From: Antedon mediterranea
Lineage: Eukaryota > Animalia > Echinodermata
DNA length: 64,000 bases
Assembly (NCBI RefSeq): GCF_964355755.1
Contig: NC_092678.1
Coordinates: forward strand, 23,143,365-23,207,364
Reading direction: 5' to 3'
Shown in pieces: positions 1 to 23,005 of this stretch. The position numbers and the translations under genes are program-made. Under the pieces are notes generated by a model, which was not told where the DNA came from, searched no databases, and was given only the letters and a program-made list of their open reading frames with translations. Each line of letters starts with the position of its first letter. Position 1 is the first letter of the stretch.

Positions 1-13
1 GTATTTTACAAAC

Positions 14-10796
<10,783 letters not shown>

Positions 10797-10801
<5 letters not shown>

Positions 10802-10880
10802 CTTGTTAACAAAATCGGATATTCCTAGCCTATTTTTTTTTTAGCATGTGGAATAGTTATTTTGAATAGCGTCCTCTATT
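10797..10880 (-). promoter_or_regulatory. QARS1 proximal promoter: YY1-type CAAGATGGC overlapping the start codon
   Basis: GCCATCTTG at 10797-10805 overlaps the ATG; TAGAGGACGC (CTCF-like, minus) at ~10869-10878. Confidence 0.45.
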
Positions 10881-11426
10881 ATTACATAAAGTTGACTTAG
10901 CCTTCTTCATAAAAAAATGAGTTTAACTCCGAACATGACGACGACCTGAACACGATGTTCGGGTCATACACTCTGTCAGTGTTAGTGAAATATATTATAT
11001 AAATTTGACTCTTAATTTTATTAGGTGTTCCATATAAATGACCTGAAAACGATAGTCGGATCATAAACGGGGTGCTCTGTGTTCTGTTAGTGTCATATAT
11101 TTTTTTTTTTTATATATTTTTCATATTTTCTTTTATTATGTGTGATTAAAAGTTTATTTATTTGATAATGATATACCAACACAATTAAATCCTCCCGCTA
11201 ATAATGTCATATTATAGACAGCACCAAATGAATTACAGAACTTTAATTACAGGTTTGAACAATTGAATGGGACATTTTATATCGGCATTTCATTCTAATA
11301 ATAATATTATTGATAAAATTCATTTAAGTTTTAAATTATTTCAGCTATTATTATTTTATTCCTTCCATCATAACTAGTTACTACTAATAAATGTTGATTT
11401 GGTATGCATGATTTTATTTTTGTATA

Positions 11427-12787
11427 TACGTTAAATCAATTATCAGTAGCTTTGATAACTTTAACAGAGTATATTATGGGGATACTCTGTGGAGATCGAT
11501 AGTTCTCCCATCTATCAACTATGGTTGTTCAGTATGGTGCTCTTTAAGTAGAATAGATATAGATAAACTAGAGCGTCTCCAGCTCCAAATGGCACGTTAT
11601 ATCTTAAAAGCACCTCGAAATACACCTTGTGCCGCCTTATATGGAGAGCTTGGTTGGTCTCCAATTAACGAGATTCATAACGCTCTTCGTATGAAATACT
11701 TCCATAGAATTATAAAGATGGAAAACTATCGATGGCCAAAAATTATGTTTATTGGAATGCTACAACTTAATTGTGAATTTAAAGACTTAAGGTATAAGTT
11801 TCTATCTTGTATAAACGATATTCTCTTGAAGTGTAATTGTGAATCCAAAAATATTTTCACCACTCTCTCAAATTATAAAGAAGTCTACTTTCCAATTTCT
11901 GAAATCTTAAGAAAACTTAACTATATAATGATAGATGAATGGAGAATTGAATTACAAAATAAATCAAGTCTCCACATCTATGAAACATTAAAATCAAAAC
12001 CTGGACTTGAAAATTACTTAATTGATAAAACTAATTTTGAAGGTGCTGCATTAAAATTTAAAGCTCGTTCAAATACTCTACCTTTGAATGATAGAACTGC
12101 AAATTGGAATATTGATAATAATAAAAAATGTAAATTGTGCGGTACAAATTCGGACGAAGACATCCATCATTTCATCCTTAATTGTCCAGCTTTAAATAAT
12201 ATACGTAATCAGGAATTATTTAATTTATATGAGGATATGTATAGAAATGGCAGCAAAGATATGTTTGATACTTTTTATACTTCTCCAGAAAATGACAAAC
12301 TTAAATATATTTTGGGATACTCAGATAATTTAATTGATGAAGAGTGTGAAAATATTTTGGATAGTTTTTGTAAAAGATACCTAAAACAAGCATGGCAATT
12401 TCGAAATGATTCACTGAATTCCATGACTCAATAACTATGTTATCTACATTGCTACATTAAGTAAATTGAAAAAAAAGTGGGGGGGGGGGGGGGAGGAGTT
12501 GGGGGTTTTTCGTAATAAGCTGTGTTTATCAGCTGATTTTATTTTATTTTATTTTATACACTTTTACTATATCTTGTTTTGTATTCATTGTGTAAAGTAA
12601 TGATCTACTGTATGTATCGATGTAAATTGGGGGGGGGGGGGGGGTAGGATAGGGGTTGATAGTTGCTTTTGCCTTTTTTTACTTTTCTGTTAATTGTTAT
12701 ATTTTATATTGTGAAGGATGCACCTTTGTGCTAAGTGTGCCACCGATCTAAAGGTGTAATTCCAAATAAATAAATAAATAAATAAAT
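11427..12787 (+). mobile_element. 5'-truncated non-LTR retrotransposon (LINE ORF2 C-terminus, 3'UTR and (TAAA)n tail)
   Basis: Open frame from ~11427 (..LWRSIVLPSINYGCSVW..LERLQLQMARYIL..LYGELGW..RWPK..CKLCG..EDIHHFILNCP, a zf-RVT-type CCHC finger) to a stop at 12434. G-tracts follow, then a (TAAA)n tail at 12764-12787. No RT catalytic core is retained. Confidence 0.88.
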
Positions 12788-12813
12788 ATAGGCCTAGCTA
12801 GGCCTAGGCCTAC

Positions 12814-12836
12814 CATGGAGTAAAGAATACTCCATG
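12814..12836. mobile_element. 23-bp hairpin micro-element with 7-bp target-site duplication (P-superfamily-like)
   Basis: CATGGAGTA-AAGAA-TACTCCATG flanked by GGCCTAC at 12807-12813 and 12837-12843. Confidence 0.6.
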
Positions 12837-13072
12837 GGCCTACTACAGTATATAAAATAATTAAGTAAATACAAGTTTATTTCTATATTTTTCGGGTTTT
12901 TTTTGTTTTAATTTTATTTTAAATTGTCATTAATCCGCTTTTTACTTCAACAAATCCCAATTTTAATTAATTAGGTCAAAAAAGAAACGAACTTTTTTCG
13001 GTTCATATCAAACAGAAATAACTCATGCATATTGAAACATGTAAACCGTTGTAACATAATTGCGAGCACCTG

Positions 13073-13241
13073 ATTGGCTGTCACCAGTATTTACTTTACC
13101 AGTTGCTACATGACGTCATGTAATACAAGAAGTAAATCAGCCGTCCTGAACCGCTGGTAGTTATGACAACATTTTAGAATTTCTGTATTGTCGTTTGAGA
13201 GCTTGGGAAAATAGCAACGCGCTAAGCGAGCAGCCATCTTG
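13073..13241 (+). promoter_or_regulatory. Putative DYRK2 promoter: inverted CCAAT, full CRE, YY1 motif
   Basis: ATTGG 13073-13077, TGACGTCA 13111-13118, GCCATCTTG 13233-13241, clustered 125-300 bp upstream of the ATG. Confidence 0.5.
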
Positions 13242-13365
13242 GAATTAATTTGCAACTAAACAAGTGGACGATCATGGGTTTATCTGCTATATTATAGGAC
13301 ATTTAATATTTGAATTACTTACTCTAACATTTGAGTTTCATTATTAGGTGAGTAAGGATTATAAT

Positions 13366-15108
13366 ATGGTCGATTCGATGGTGGATTCTATAAGAAAACC
13401 AAGCCTGCAGCAGGCCCCACGGTCGCGATCGCTTGTGACGACAGCGGCGGCTGGGACTGGCAACGATTCGATATACGCTCATCTTGGCGATAACTCGACG
13501 AAAGGAATTGGAAATCATGCTTCTCACGTAGAATTACCGCCAATTAAAAACCGCGTAGTTGGAAATAAGAAATCTAGTGATCATGTAGTTAGTGGAGTAA
13601 AAGTTACTCAATTATTTGAAACGGACGATAATCATAATCACCAAAATCGTAGCATCCAACAACGTAGCAATCACCAACATCAAAATGGAGATGTTAGAAA
13701 TGGCACAACAGGTCATCAGTTGCCCTCGGTTCAACGGGCTCCCAGTGTGGGAAGTAATGGTTCAAAGAATGGTTCTGCAAAGGGAAGATCAGGCCCAATG
13801 ACTCCTGAAGAATCAATGAAATTATATATGCACAAACTATCGTCATATGAACATCATGAAATATTTAATTATTCGCAAATATTTTTTGTTGGACCAAATG
13901 CTAAAAAACGGCAGGGAGTGATTGGTGGCGCTAATAACTGTGGTTATGACGATGACCAAGGATCGTACATTCACGTGCAACATGACCACATAGCGTATCG
14001 TTATGAAGTACTTAAAATTATTGGCAAAGGCAGTTTTGGACAAGTTGTAAAAGCCTACGATCATAAGACTAACCAGCATTTAGCGTTAAAGATGGTACGC
14101 AATGAAAAACGCTTCCATCGTCAAGCGCAAGAAGAAATCAGAATTTTAGAACACTTAAAAAAACAGGACAAGGACAATAATATGAATATCATTCATATGG
14201 TTGAAAGCTTCACGTTTCGAAACCATATATGCATAACCTTTGAACTGTTAAGCATGAATTTGTACGAACTTATAAAGAAGAACAAATTTCAGGGATTCAG
14301 TCTTCAGTTAGTACGAAAATTTGCGCACTCTCTACTGCAATGTCTTGATGCCCTCCACCGAAATAGAATTATTCATTGTGACTTGAAACCAGAAAACATT
14401 TTACTGAAACAGCAGGGACGAAGTGGAATCAAAGTGATTGACTTTGGTTCAAGTTGTTATGAACACCAAAGAATTTATACGTATATTCAAAGTCGCTTTT
14501 ACCGAGCACCAGAGGTGATTCTCGGTGCGAGGTATGGCATGCCTATTGACATGTGGAGTTTGGGGTGTATACTAGCGGAGCTACTTACCGGTTATCCACT
14601 TTTGCCAGGTGAAGATGAGGGAGATCAGCTCGCCACCATGATAGAACTTTTAGGAATGCCTCCGCAGAGGTTATTAGACCAATCAAAGCGCTCTAAGAAC
14701 TTCTTTAATTCAAAAGGTCATCCACGATATTGTTCGGTTACAACTCTACCAGACGGTATGGTTGTTTTGAATGGTGGTCGATCGCGGAGAGGTAAAGTAC
14801 GTGGAGCTCCCGGTACGAAAGAGCTTGTTAAAGCGCTGAAAGGTTGCGATGATCCGCTCTTTTTGGATTTCCTGCGTAGATGTCTTGATTGGGATCCAGC
14901 CACTCGCATGACGCCTAGTCAAGCACTGCGACATACATGGCTTAGGCGGCGTCTTCCAAAACCTCCGAGCGATCACACATCGGCAAAACACAAACGTCAG
15001 GGATCGTCGATATCAAAATTACCTCCAGCCGGTGTGACAAGCGGGAAAAATCGTGTTGATGGCACGGTAGCCTCGCAAAGAACTGTATTGCCAAAAATTG
15101 TGACCTAG
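13366..15108 (+). CDS. DYRK2: Dual-specificity tyrosine-phosphorylation-regulated kinase, class 2 (DYRK2/3 orthologue), single coding exon
   Basis: First ATG at 13366 (the ORF track start at 13348 is a GTG). DH box [29 protein letters not shown], activation loop [18 protein letters not shown] insert [10 protein letters not shown]. An AT-rich 3'UTR probably runs to the AATAAA near 17325. Confidence 0.96.
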   Translation: MVDSMVDSIRKPSLQQAPRSRSLVTTAAAGTGNDSIYAHLGDNSTKGIGNHASHVELPPIKNRVVGNKKSSDHVVSGVKVTQLFETDDNHNHQNRSIQQRSNHQHQNGDVRNGTTGHQLPSVQRAPSVGSNGSKNGSAKGRSGPMTPEESMKLYMHKLSSYEHHEIFNYSQIFFVGPNAKKRQGVIGGANNCGYDDDQGSYIHVQHDHIAYRYEVLKIIGKGSFGQVVKAYDHKTNQHLALKMVRNEKRFHRQAQEEIRILEHLKKQDKDNNMNIIHMVESFTFRNHICITFELLSMNLYELIKKNKFQGFSLQLVRKFAHSLLQCLDALHRNRIIHCDLKPENILLKQQGRSGIKVIDFGSSCYEHQRIYTYIQSRFYRAPEVILGARYGMPIDMWSLGCILAELLTGYPLLPGEDEGDQLATMIELLGMPPQRLLDQSKRSKNFFNSKGHPRYCSVTTLPDGMVVLNGGRSRRGKVRGAPGTKELVKALKGCDDPLFLDFLRRCLDWDPATRMTPSQALRHTWLRRRLPKPPSDHTSAKHKRQGSSISKLPPAGVTSGKNRVDGTVASQRTVLPKIVT

Positions 15109-17459
15109 TACTTTAGGAAGAGCTGACATAGAAGAGAATTTTAAAACTGAAAATAATAATTGAGCATTCCACATTGGTGCATCTTTGTTCTAAATTAATA
15201 ATTTCAGTAGGATGAATATTATAATGTAGCGTATCTTAAAAAGATACCCAGCTTATGTTTGAGATCAGAGACTGGTCAATAATACATTTTAAGTAAACTA
15301 TACAAAATGGGTTATTTTTGTTGGTTTGGTAAAATATTTCTTTACTACCATTTTAACAGAATTATTTTACAAAAATGTTTTAACATGACGTGCAGGTTTT
15401 AACAATTTTATATACAATATTTTACTCTATTGGACAGAAGCAAAACAAATGTTTAATTATTCACAATGATATTTAAAATGGTTCATTGAAAGTCTAAACA
15501 TTAGTAGGTTATTTTGTTAACAATTACTGTCTAGCAGGTTCATTGTTTGTAAAAAATAGGCTACATTACCAAATATTCCTGTTTAAACACAGTACATAAT
15601 TATATTAATAATTTTAATTTCAATATTGATTCTAGCAAGTGTTCATCCCTCTAAAACATATTATTGTTTGTGGTAGTTGAGCATTCCACTTTTAAGACTA
15701 GAAAATCCGTCCATATAGACAGTGTATTAAATGTTTATGTAATCATCTGTATACATTACAGTAACTAATTTTAGTTATAGAAAAGGCAAAAATGTTAATT
15801 TGTGCGTCCAAAATAATGGGAAATCAACATAGGTCATCAATGTACAATGCAGCCAAGGTTAACTCTCATTATATTAATTGATTATTCTCTTGCAATGATT
15901 GCTATGTTATAGTTTATTTTTAGATGTCCGTTCTTCGTACTGTATCAATGTTTACATACTGGCGGACTAGTTAAGCCAACAGAGGGTGATGGTGTTAGCT
16001 ACGTGTTAAATGCCCCTGCACACTATTTTCCATTAGCTGCAATTTATAGAAAATCAATTGAGGGTATTTTAATCAAAACGTTTTAACGCCAGCAGCTTCC
16101 CAGAGAGCTAAATTGTTATTCAATGATTGTACTGTTAAACCGTCTAATGTTTCGTTCCATCCTAAAACAGATAAGAGTCTTAACCACTAGTACATATATT
16201 TTGGTATCTGCAGTGTAGACACGCAATAACTATAATATAATAGGTACTTAATATTGCCACTACTGTATAAACATTGAAAAAGTACTATTTTATTAATGAA
16301 CCTTGCTTTCATATATTATTACTATAGTAAATACAATTCTGTTAATATTTAAATATCTTGTGGTTAGATTTTTAAGCTTTGTCCATCCAGCCCGGTCGGT
16401 CGGCAGCCATTGTTTCCCTCCCCTATTGTTCTTTTACAATAGTCCCATTGCAAACCAAAGCGAAACTCTTTGTACTCTTAAAAGCTGTGTGTAATGTCTA
16501 CAAGAATCTTATCATTGTTTTGTTTGTTTCGACCTAGTTACTGTACCAAATATTGAATAATTGAGTCATAATTTAGGATTAATAATATTTCATCTTAAGT
16601 GCTGCAGTTTACCAGATGTCAACATTAACCAAATTTTAAAAGTATTTTAATTTCAAGATTTTAATGGTACCTCAGTACATTAATTCTGTCCAATTTTAGA
16701 CCTTGCCCAATTTTGTCTCAAAAATGTGTTTATTTTTGTATGTAAATTGTACAAAGTGCATGATAATTTATGCAATAATGACATTATTAATATTCATAAT
16801 TGTACCAAATTGTTTCATAGAATAGGACCCCTATTAAGAGTCCCCTTAACAGTGGTTGTTCAAAGTGTTAAAACATCATTTAGCCTTTAAAGGGGTTTCT
16901 CAAATAAGAAGGTGTACTGTATTATCAATAAGTTGTATTCACTAATTGATGACATGTTAATAATTACAAGATGTTCTTGTCAAAATTATTTATGCATTTT
17001 ATTCTTTCACTAATGAAATGTACTGTAAAATATTGTAAATAAGAAAAGTCCAACGTTTTAATAATGGATAATATTGTATTGAAGTTTATCGTTTATCATC
17101 CGCTATTTACTCATTTGTACAAAGTTTGTAGGATTTTGAACTGAGGATGATTGGTCCATATATCGGTCTAATTTTACATTTTAATTATAAATCGCTTAAA
17201 ATGGACGAATAATAAGAGCATAATTTTATAAATTTCTGTATAAAAATATTGTAAAAATATGCTTGTGTGATTTTTCATAAAATTATCATAAAAAAAAGGA
17301 AAATGTATTTTCGCTATGATGATTAATAAACGAACTGGTTTTGTTCTGGACAAAAAAAAAGTAGTGTCATGTCATTCCAAGTTTTATCATTGCTTCTGGC
17401 AAAATTGTACTTGTAAATTTGCCAAATATATATTAATATTAAATTAAATCATACATCGT

Positions 17460-17530
17460 GTATCATAGACAAATTCTTGGATACAGCATCACATGTGACA
17501 CCCTATCACAGAAATTTGTCTGTTATACAG
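17460..17530. mobile_element. Palindromic MITE family B, short copy
   Basis: TCATAGACAAATTC...AAATTTGTCTGTTA with an internal GCATCACATGTGA core shared with 53405-53530. Confidence 0.55.
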
Positions 17531-18011
17531 ATAATAGTACAGTAATATTTATTTGGCAAATTTACTAGCACAATCTCTACTCATTGACGTATTTGTAGAG
17601 AATTGGCTAATATTATGTTGAGTACTATTAGCCTAGGTTAGGGCGGAGTATGCGTTATTGATTTGCATTGTTTGTGTGTCATATTCATCAGTATTGGAAT
17701 CAGGTATTTAACAATAGGTTGGTAACACTAATCATCAATAGCAGCTGTACTTAGTCACTGGCATTCATTGTTTTAGCGAGTGATTTTGCATTTTGTTCTA
17801 TAGGAAACTGAGATTGGAATTAGTGAGATTTGGTGGAAGATATAGAGAAGCTCCTACAATAAAATGTGTTTTAATAAAATATTTCTTATGTAAATGTGGG
17901 ATAATAAGCTGCGACTTGCAGCCTAACTGGGCTAAATTACGCACAGGTGTGGAAGGCACATACAGTATCTGTACAGTGTCCCTTCGTCAAGTGTTGCACC
18001 ACGAACAATAA

Positions 18012-18159
18012 GGCTCAGTTTACACTATTATATCAAACTAGTTAGACAAAAAAAGTGTGATATGCTTAAATATTATAGTGATATGAGATTATCATGTCCA
18101 TATATGGGCCTCATCACATTCTTTTTTGTCACATAAAGTTTGATAGTGTAGAGAAAGAT
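18012..18159. mobile_element. MITE family A copy (diverged)
   Basis: Family internal sequence and right TIR AAGTTTGATAGTGTAGA. Confidence 0.8.
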
Positions 18160-19194
18160 TTAGTCGAATTTCTAGATATTGGAATACATTTTTAATTAAA
18201 TATGATTGAGCCTATAGCTAATTGATTACAACATTTGCATAAATAATAATTTCATATCCAGTAAAGAACATGGGTCCAGGATTAGGAATTACACACATTT
18301 ATTATGGAATACACTTTTAATTAAAATATCGAATGAGTATCGCAAATGAGAGATTGTACTATGTTGCTTAGCAACAAAGTACATTATGCAAATTCAACAG
18401 CAATATAGAATGCTACTGAGATTGGTTTCAAAAGGATAATATTCAAATGTCTCTCGTGTGCATCTCGTATTAAAGTGACACCAATTTATACTTTGATGCA
18501 GACATAAAACGGATAAAAAATAAGAAACCGCTTACACCAAATAAAAATAAAGCGTCGGCTAATACGCATATGAATTCATGTTTCAATCTTCCAAATTTCT
18601 CTACGCATGGGTATAAGCTGACGCTTTTTTCAAATCGAAAAAATTTGACTAGTGGAAAATCGACTTTAGATCAATGGTGGTACACATTCTTGATAGATGG
18701 TACAACTACAAAAATAAATTTTATTAAACAAATAAATTAAACGATAAGTTAATTAAAATTCATCTGGATCTCTGTATAGAATTCATAAATATTTTCTTTT
18801 GGATGATCTAAAGGGAGCAAAACTTATGTTTTTACTCGAGCCTTTGCTCGTTGGAAAAAATGTTTATTAATAAAAAATAAACAATTACAGTATTACATCA
18901 CTCAAAGTGGAGAATTTGTCTGTCAAGACTACTTGGCCAATATAGCAGTTTACACTTCTGTTTTGTTATTTATTAAATATCACCTTGAAACGTTTCCTGT
19001 TGTCACTTCCTCCAATTTTATGGACAATTTTCTTTTTTTTTCTTTTTGTACCATAAAACAACAAGAATACACAATAATACACATTGAAACTATCATCTTT
19101 TCAAATATTTTTTGATGTTTTAAGCGAATAAATTATTTCAAATTAAATGCTAGCTTGGGTAGTAAAAGTATGATCTAAATTTTATTTATATTTT

Positions 19195-19300
19195 ATTTGT
19201 TTTTTATTTATTCATAGGAATCACATTGATCAGCTAATGGTGCATCCGTTTTACAAACAAACTTACAAATAACAAAAGTTAAAACTAGCAAAATTGAACA
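19195..19300 (-). mobile_element. Probable LINE/SINE 3' tail remnant
   Basis: Minus strand GGATGCACC...TGTGATTCCTATGAATAAATAAA resembles the LINE tail at 12715-12787 (GGATGCACC...GTGTAATTCCAAATAAATAAA). Confidence 0.4.
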
Positions 19301-19760
19301 TATAAATAGAAGCGTCCTAACACACATGAACTAGTTGTTGCACAAATACCAAAGGAAAGCCATAGAAAATAAAACATTGACAATAAATTTATGGACCAGA
19401 TAAAAATACTTTTAAAGAGGAAGATTAAATTGGAGAACAAATATAGCACGAATAAAATTACCCGAGTATGCATTCATACTTTTACAAAAGCTACAATAGA
19501 ATTACTATAAAAAGAATATATACGCTACTAACTGTACAATACAACAGATAACCAGTGGCACCCACTTCCGCGTAAACTGTTTATTGTTGCTAGGCGCTGG
19601 TAAATATGATACTGTTGGTTGCTATTTGTACCTTGCACTGTTGAACTGCTTGTTGTTGCAATAAGGCACTATTGAAAATACAGTATTATTACATACCCTG
19701 GGAATGTTTTATTTTTTCCCGTTTCATCAGGGGTATGTTTACATCTCCATGGTTTTATTA

Positions 19761-19918
19761 AGCTCTGTCTACACTATCAAACTTTGATGTGAATAAAAAA
19801 ATGTGCCTATAATGGACAGTGATGATGTCATATCACTACCATATTTAGGCATATCACTATCATATTTGGGCATATCACATTTTTTTTGTCAAATTTGTTT
19901 GATAGTGTAGACAGAGCT
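19761..19918. mobile_element. MITE family A copy
   Basis: Intact TIRs. Confidence 0.85.
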
Positions 19919-20432
19919 TTCGGCTTATCTAATTTGAAATATAATCTTAATAAATTTTGCACAATTTTTTACTGTTTTACGAATTAATAACATTAAAATA
20001 TTGTTTGTGTTTTTTTATTGTCTTAAACATTGCTTTTTTAAACTGCAATGTATTAACAAAGATTTTTTATTTTTATTTGTATATGAATTAAGAAAAAATA
20101 AGAGATGAATTGAAATTAATTTTTAATAAAGCAGAAAAATGCTAAAGAAAATGCAGTGAAAACTGTATACAGTACTGAATACAGTATATTATTCCATTTC
20201 AAGGTGAACTCCAAATTTTATTAAAAACTATTAATTAGTCATGTTTTTAGTCTTACCTTGGAAATAATAATAATTGTCATAATTGAAATTGAACGATTTT
20301 TATAATGCTGTAGTAACTAATATAATTAGATAGCATCCATTAGAGAACAAGGTCCAATAATAATGTTGTTGCACTCTAAAAATTTAGTTAATTGTCTCTT
20401 TAATATTTTGGTACTTATGTTACTATTTAGAC

Positions 20433-20745
20433 TGAGATGAGAGTTGGAAGTAGTGAGTGGTATTCCTGGCTAGTTACAATCTGAAGGTTGTGGGTTCAAC
20501 TCCTATTGAAATCAATTTCAAAAAGCTTTATTTGGAGCATGGAGATGAGGTATAAAGAGCGTAATTCCTGGCAAGTTAAAATCTGAAGGTTGCGAGTTCG
20601 AATCGTACTGAAATCATTTTTACAAAAGCTTTATTGGAACATGGAAATGAGGTGTAAAGAGTGGCATTCCTGGGTAGTTACAATCTGGAGGTCGTGGGTT
20701 CGAATCCTACTGAAATAAACTTTAAAAAGGTTTTGAATGAATGAG
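20433..20745 (+). repeat. Three tandem ~102-bp tRNA-derived units
   Basis: Each unit has TGAGGT..AGTGG..TTCCTGG..AATCTG(A/G)AGGT and a B-box (GGTTCAACTCC, AGTTCGAATCG, GGTTCGAATCC). Confidence 0.7.
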
Positions 20746-21350
20746 GTATAAATTTAAATTCTAATTTACTTCATGGTTTAGCAATAGTCAAGATTGAGGT
20801 CATGTGACGTGTACGAATCTGACGTAAATTCACTGGTCCAGATGACTGTGTTTTAGTCTACCAAGTCTGCATTGATATTAGCGTCTAGCCTGCTGAGAGT
20901 TCAGATGCACACAAATGAAAATTAATACCTGGGCATGCCAGACATAATACTACATAGTATGAACATTCACAGTTAAAATCCTAAAAACAATACAACAGTT
21001 TGTCTGTGGTATCTAAGGTCCTTCCCATTATGGTGAACGTATTGTATTAGTATCTCAAAGTTCAAGTGCACAAGGATATATTTTATCAATAAACTGTCTT
21101 TTGATCTAAATATTTCCAAATGACTACACTCAACATAAAGCGTTTTAATCTGATGAGATATTAGTGAGGGTTTATCAATAGAAAGTACATTAGAACACAT
21201 ATTAAGGGGAAACCTTTAGAACCTAACAATGTATCCAATTAAAAGGGGTGTCCACAGTATAGGAGCTGGTTGTAGTTTAGTTTACATCATTTGTCCTGGA
21301 AATGGAGGTGTAGGTCTACCCCGAATGTGCTGCAAAGGAGATCGGCTTTA

Positions 21351-21476
21351 AGCTCTGTCTACACTACCAAACTAGTTTGACAAAAAAAGTGTGATGTGCC
21401 CAAATATGGTAGTGATATTCATCATCATGTCCATATATGGGCACATCACATAAAGTTTGATAGTGTAGACAGAGCT
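21351..21476. mobile_element. MITE family A copy with TTA target-site duplication
   Basis: TTA|AGCTCTGTCTACAC...GTGTAGACAGAGCT|TTA. Confidence 0.88.
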
Positions 21477-22480
21477 TTACTGTATACTATAATTACACAA
21501 TGGTAAAATATTTTTTCAAAATGGCACTACATAAATATTTAAAAATAATCCCAAAATAAAACATTATTTTGCATATAACCTAGCAGAGAAAACTAGGTTG
21601 AGAGAGAAGACGTCCGAGGGGAATCTGTTTTTTATCAGGTAAACGCAAGCTTATCATAACCATTACAGACAAACTAAAAATGAAAGAAAATTTCAATTGA
21701 AAAGAGAAGATGTGATACTGAAAATGAAGATAAGCTGCTAGCACTAGCAGCAGATGAAGTGTGATTAAGCAATCTAGCACTCATTTAGGTTTAATTAAGG
21801 TCAAACAAGTCATTACTAAACCTAATCTTTCAATATCATTATTTCATAGCTTGAGTGAGTGAGACCTGGGTATTCCATAGCAAACCTGGATGGCTATGCA
21901 TTCCATATTTCACAAAGTACAGAACATTCATAATAAAGTTATATAATATTTATTTGTAAAGATTTCTGAACAGTAACAACATTTTTTTCGCGCAGCTCCT
22001 TTAGGCAGTTATATTCAAGAGAATGGAAGCATAGGAAACATTTACCATACGTACGGTAGCTTATAGTTTACTACGGCTGTATTGCATATTGGAAACTCGG
22101 ACTGGGCATGCGCACGCCCCAAAGGACGTCTGGGAAAAGAGAGTCTATGAAAACATTAGATGAAAATATTGAGATGCATGTAGATGGTAGTTATCGTGAG
22201 ATGAGTGAAAATTTTGTAAGAAATATTTCTTTTTTTATCCTTAATTCTATCGAGAATTTGGCTTTACATTGCAAAATCTTTTTCTTTTTTTTAAAATTTT
22301 ACTATACATGCAATTTATTTCATTCATTTTTAATACTCAATTATATTCCCATGCTAGCACATACCTTCCTTACTATCATCATTAAATGCAGGTAATTTGT
22401 TATGCAAAAGCCCATTTGTATTACCTCCTAGACAATTACAATAGATATAGTTTTGTCCTTGGAATAAAAATTGTTTGTGG

Positions 22481-22556
22481 ATATATTAGAGTACATGAGG
22501 CATTTGTCATGCGGGATATATATATTAGAGTACATGAGGCATTTGTCATGCGGGAT
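22481..22556. repeat. Perfect ~37-bp tandem duplication
   Basis: ATATATTAGAGTACATGAGGCATTTGTCATGCGGGAT occurs twice. Confidence 0.9.
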
Positions 22557-22744
22557 TCTGCCTGCACGTGTACGTGCTATATCATCAATGACACTTACCA
22601 ATTAATTACTAATTCCGCACAAGTGGTCACATGATGCAGTCATATCATGTATACAGCATTTTCAGATAAGATTGGAGATTCGATTTATTGATATTTCAAC
22701 GCCTTGAGCACGGCATAGTGAGTATTTGAACTTTGTAAATATGG

Positions 22745-23005
22745 CAGAACCTATCCATTGGGACACCACTATTCGGGGGACACCACTATTCAGGGGACAC
22801 CCCTATTCAGGGGAAACCCTATTCAGGGGACATCCCTATTCAGGGGACATCCCTATTCAGGCGACCCCCCTATTTAGGGGCCACCTCTATTCATAGGACA
22901 CCCGAATCGGGGGACACCCCTATTCAGGAGACCCCTACAATGTTTCAACACAACAGGCAACACCTATCCAGTGACACCTTTATTAAGGGGACACTTTTTT
23001 GGGAC
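22745..23005. repeat. Interspersed repeat carrying a ~17-bp minisatellite (CTATTCAGGGGACACC)
   Basis: About 11 tandem units; a related inverted fragment lies at 38226-38325 (TGTCCCCTGAATA..AAAGTGTTCCCTTAATAGGGGTGTCCC). Confidence 0.8.

Noticed and set aside
11589-12434. 281-aa ORF as a host gene
   Set aside because: The frame extends upstream of the ATG with LINE ORF2 motifs and ends in a LINE-type tail: a truncated retrotransposon.
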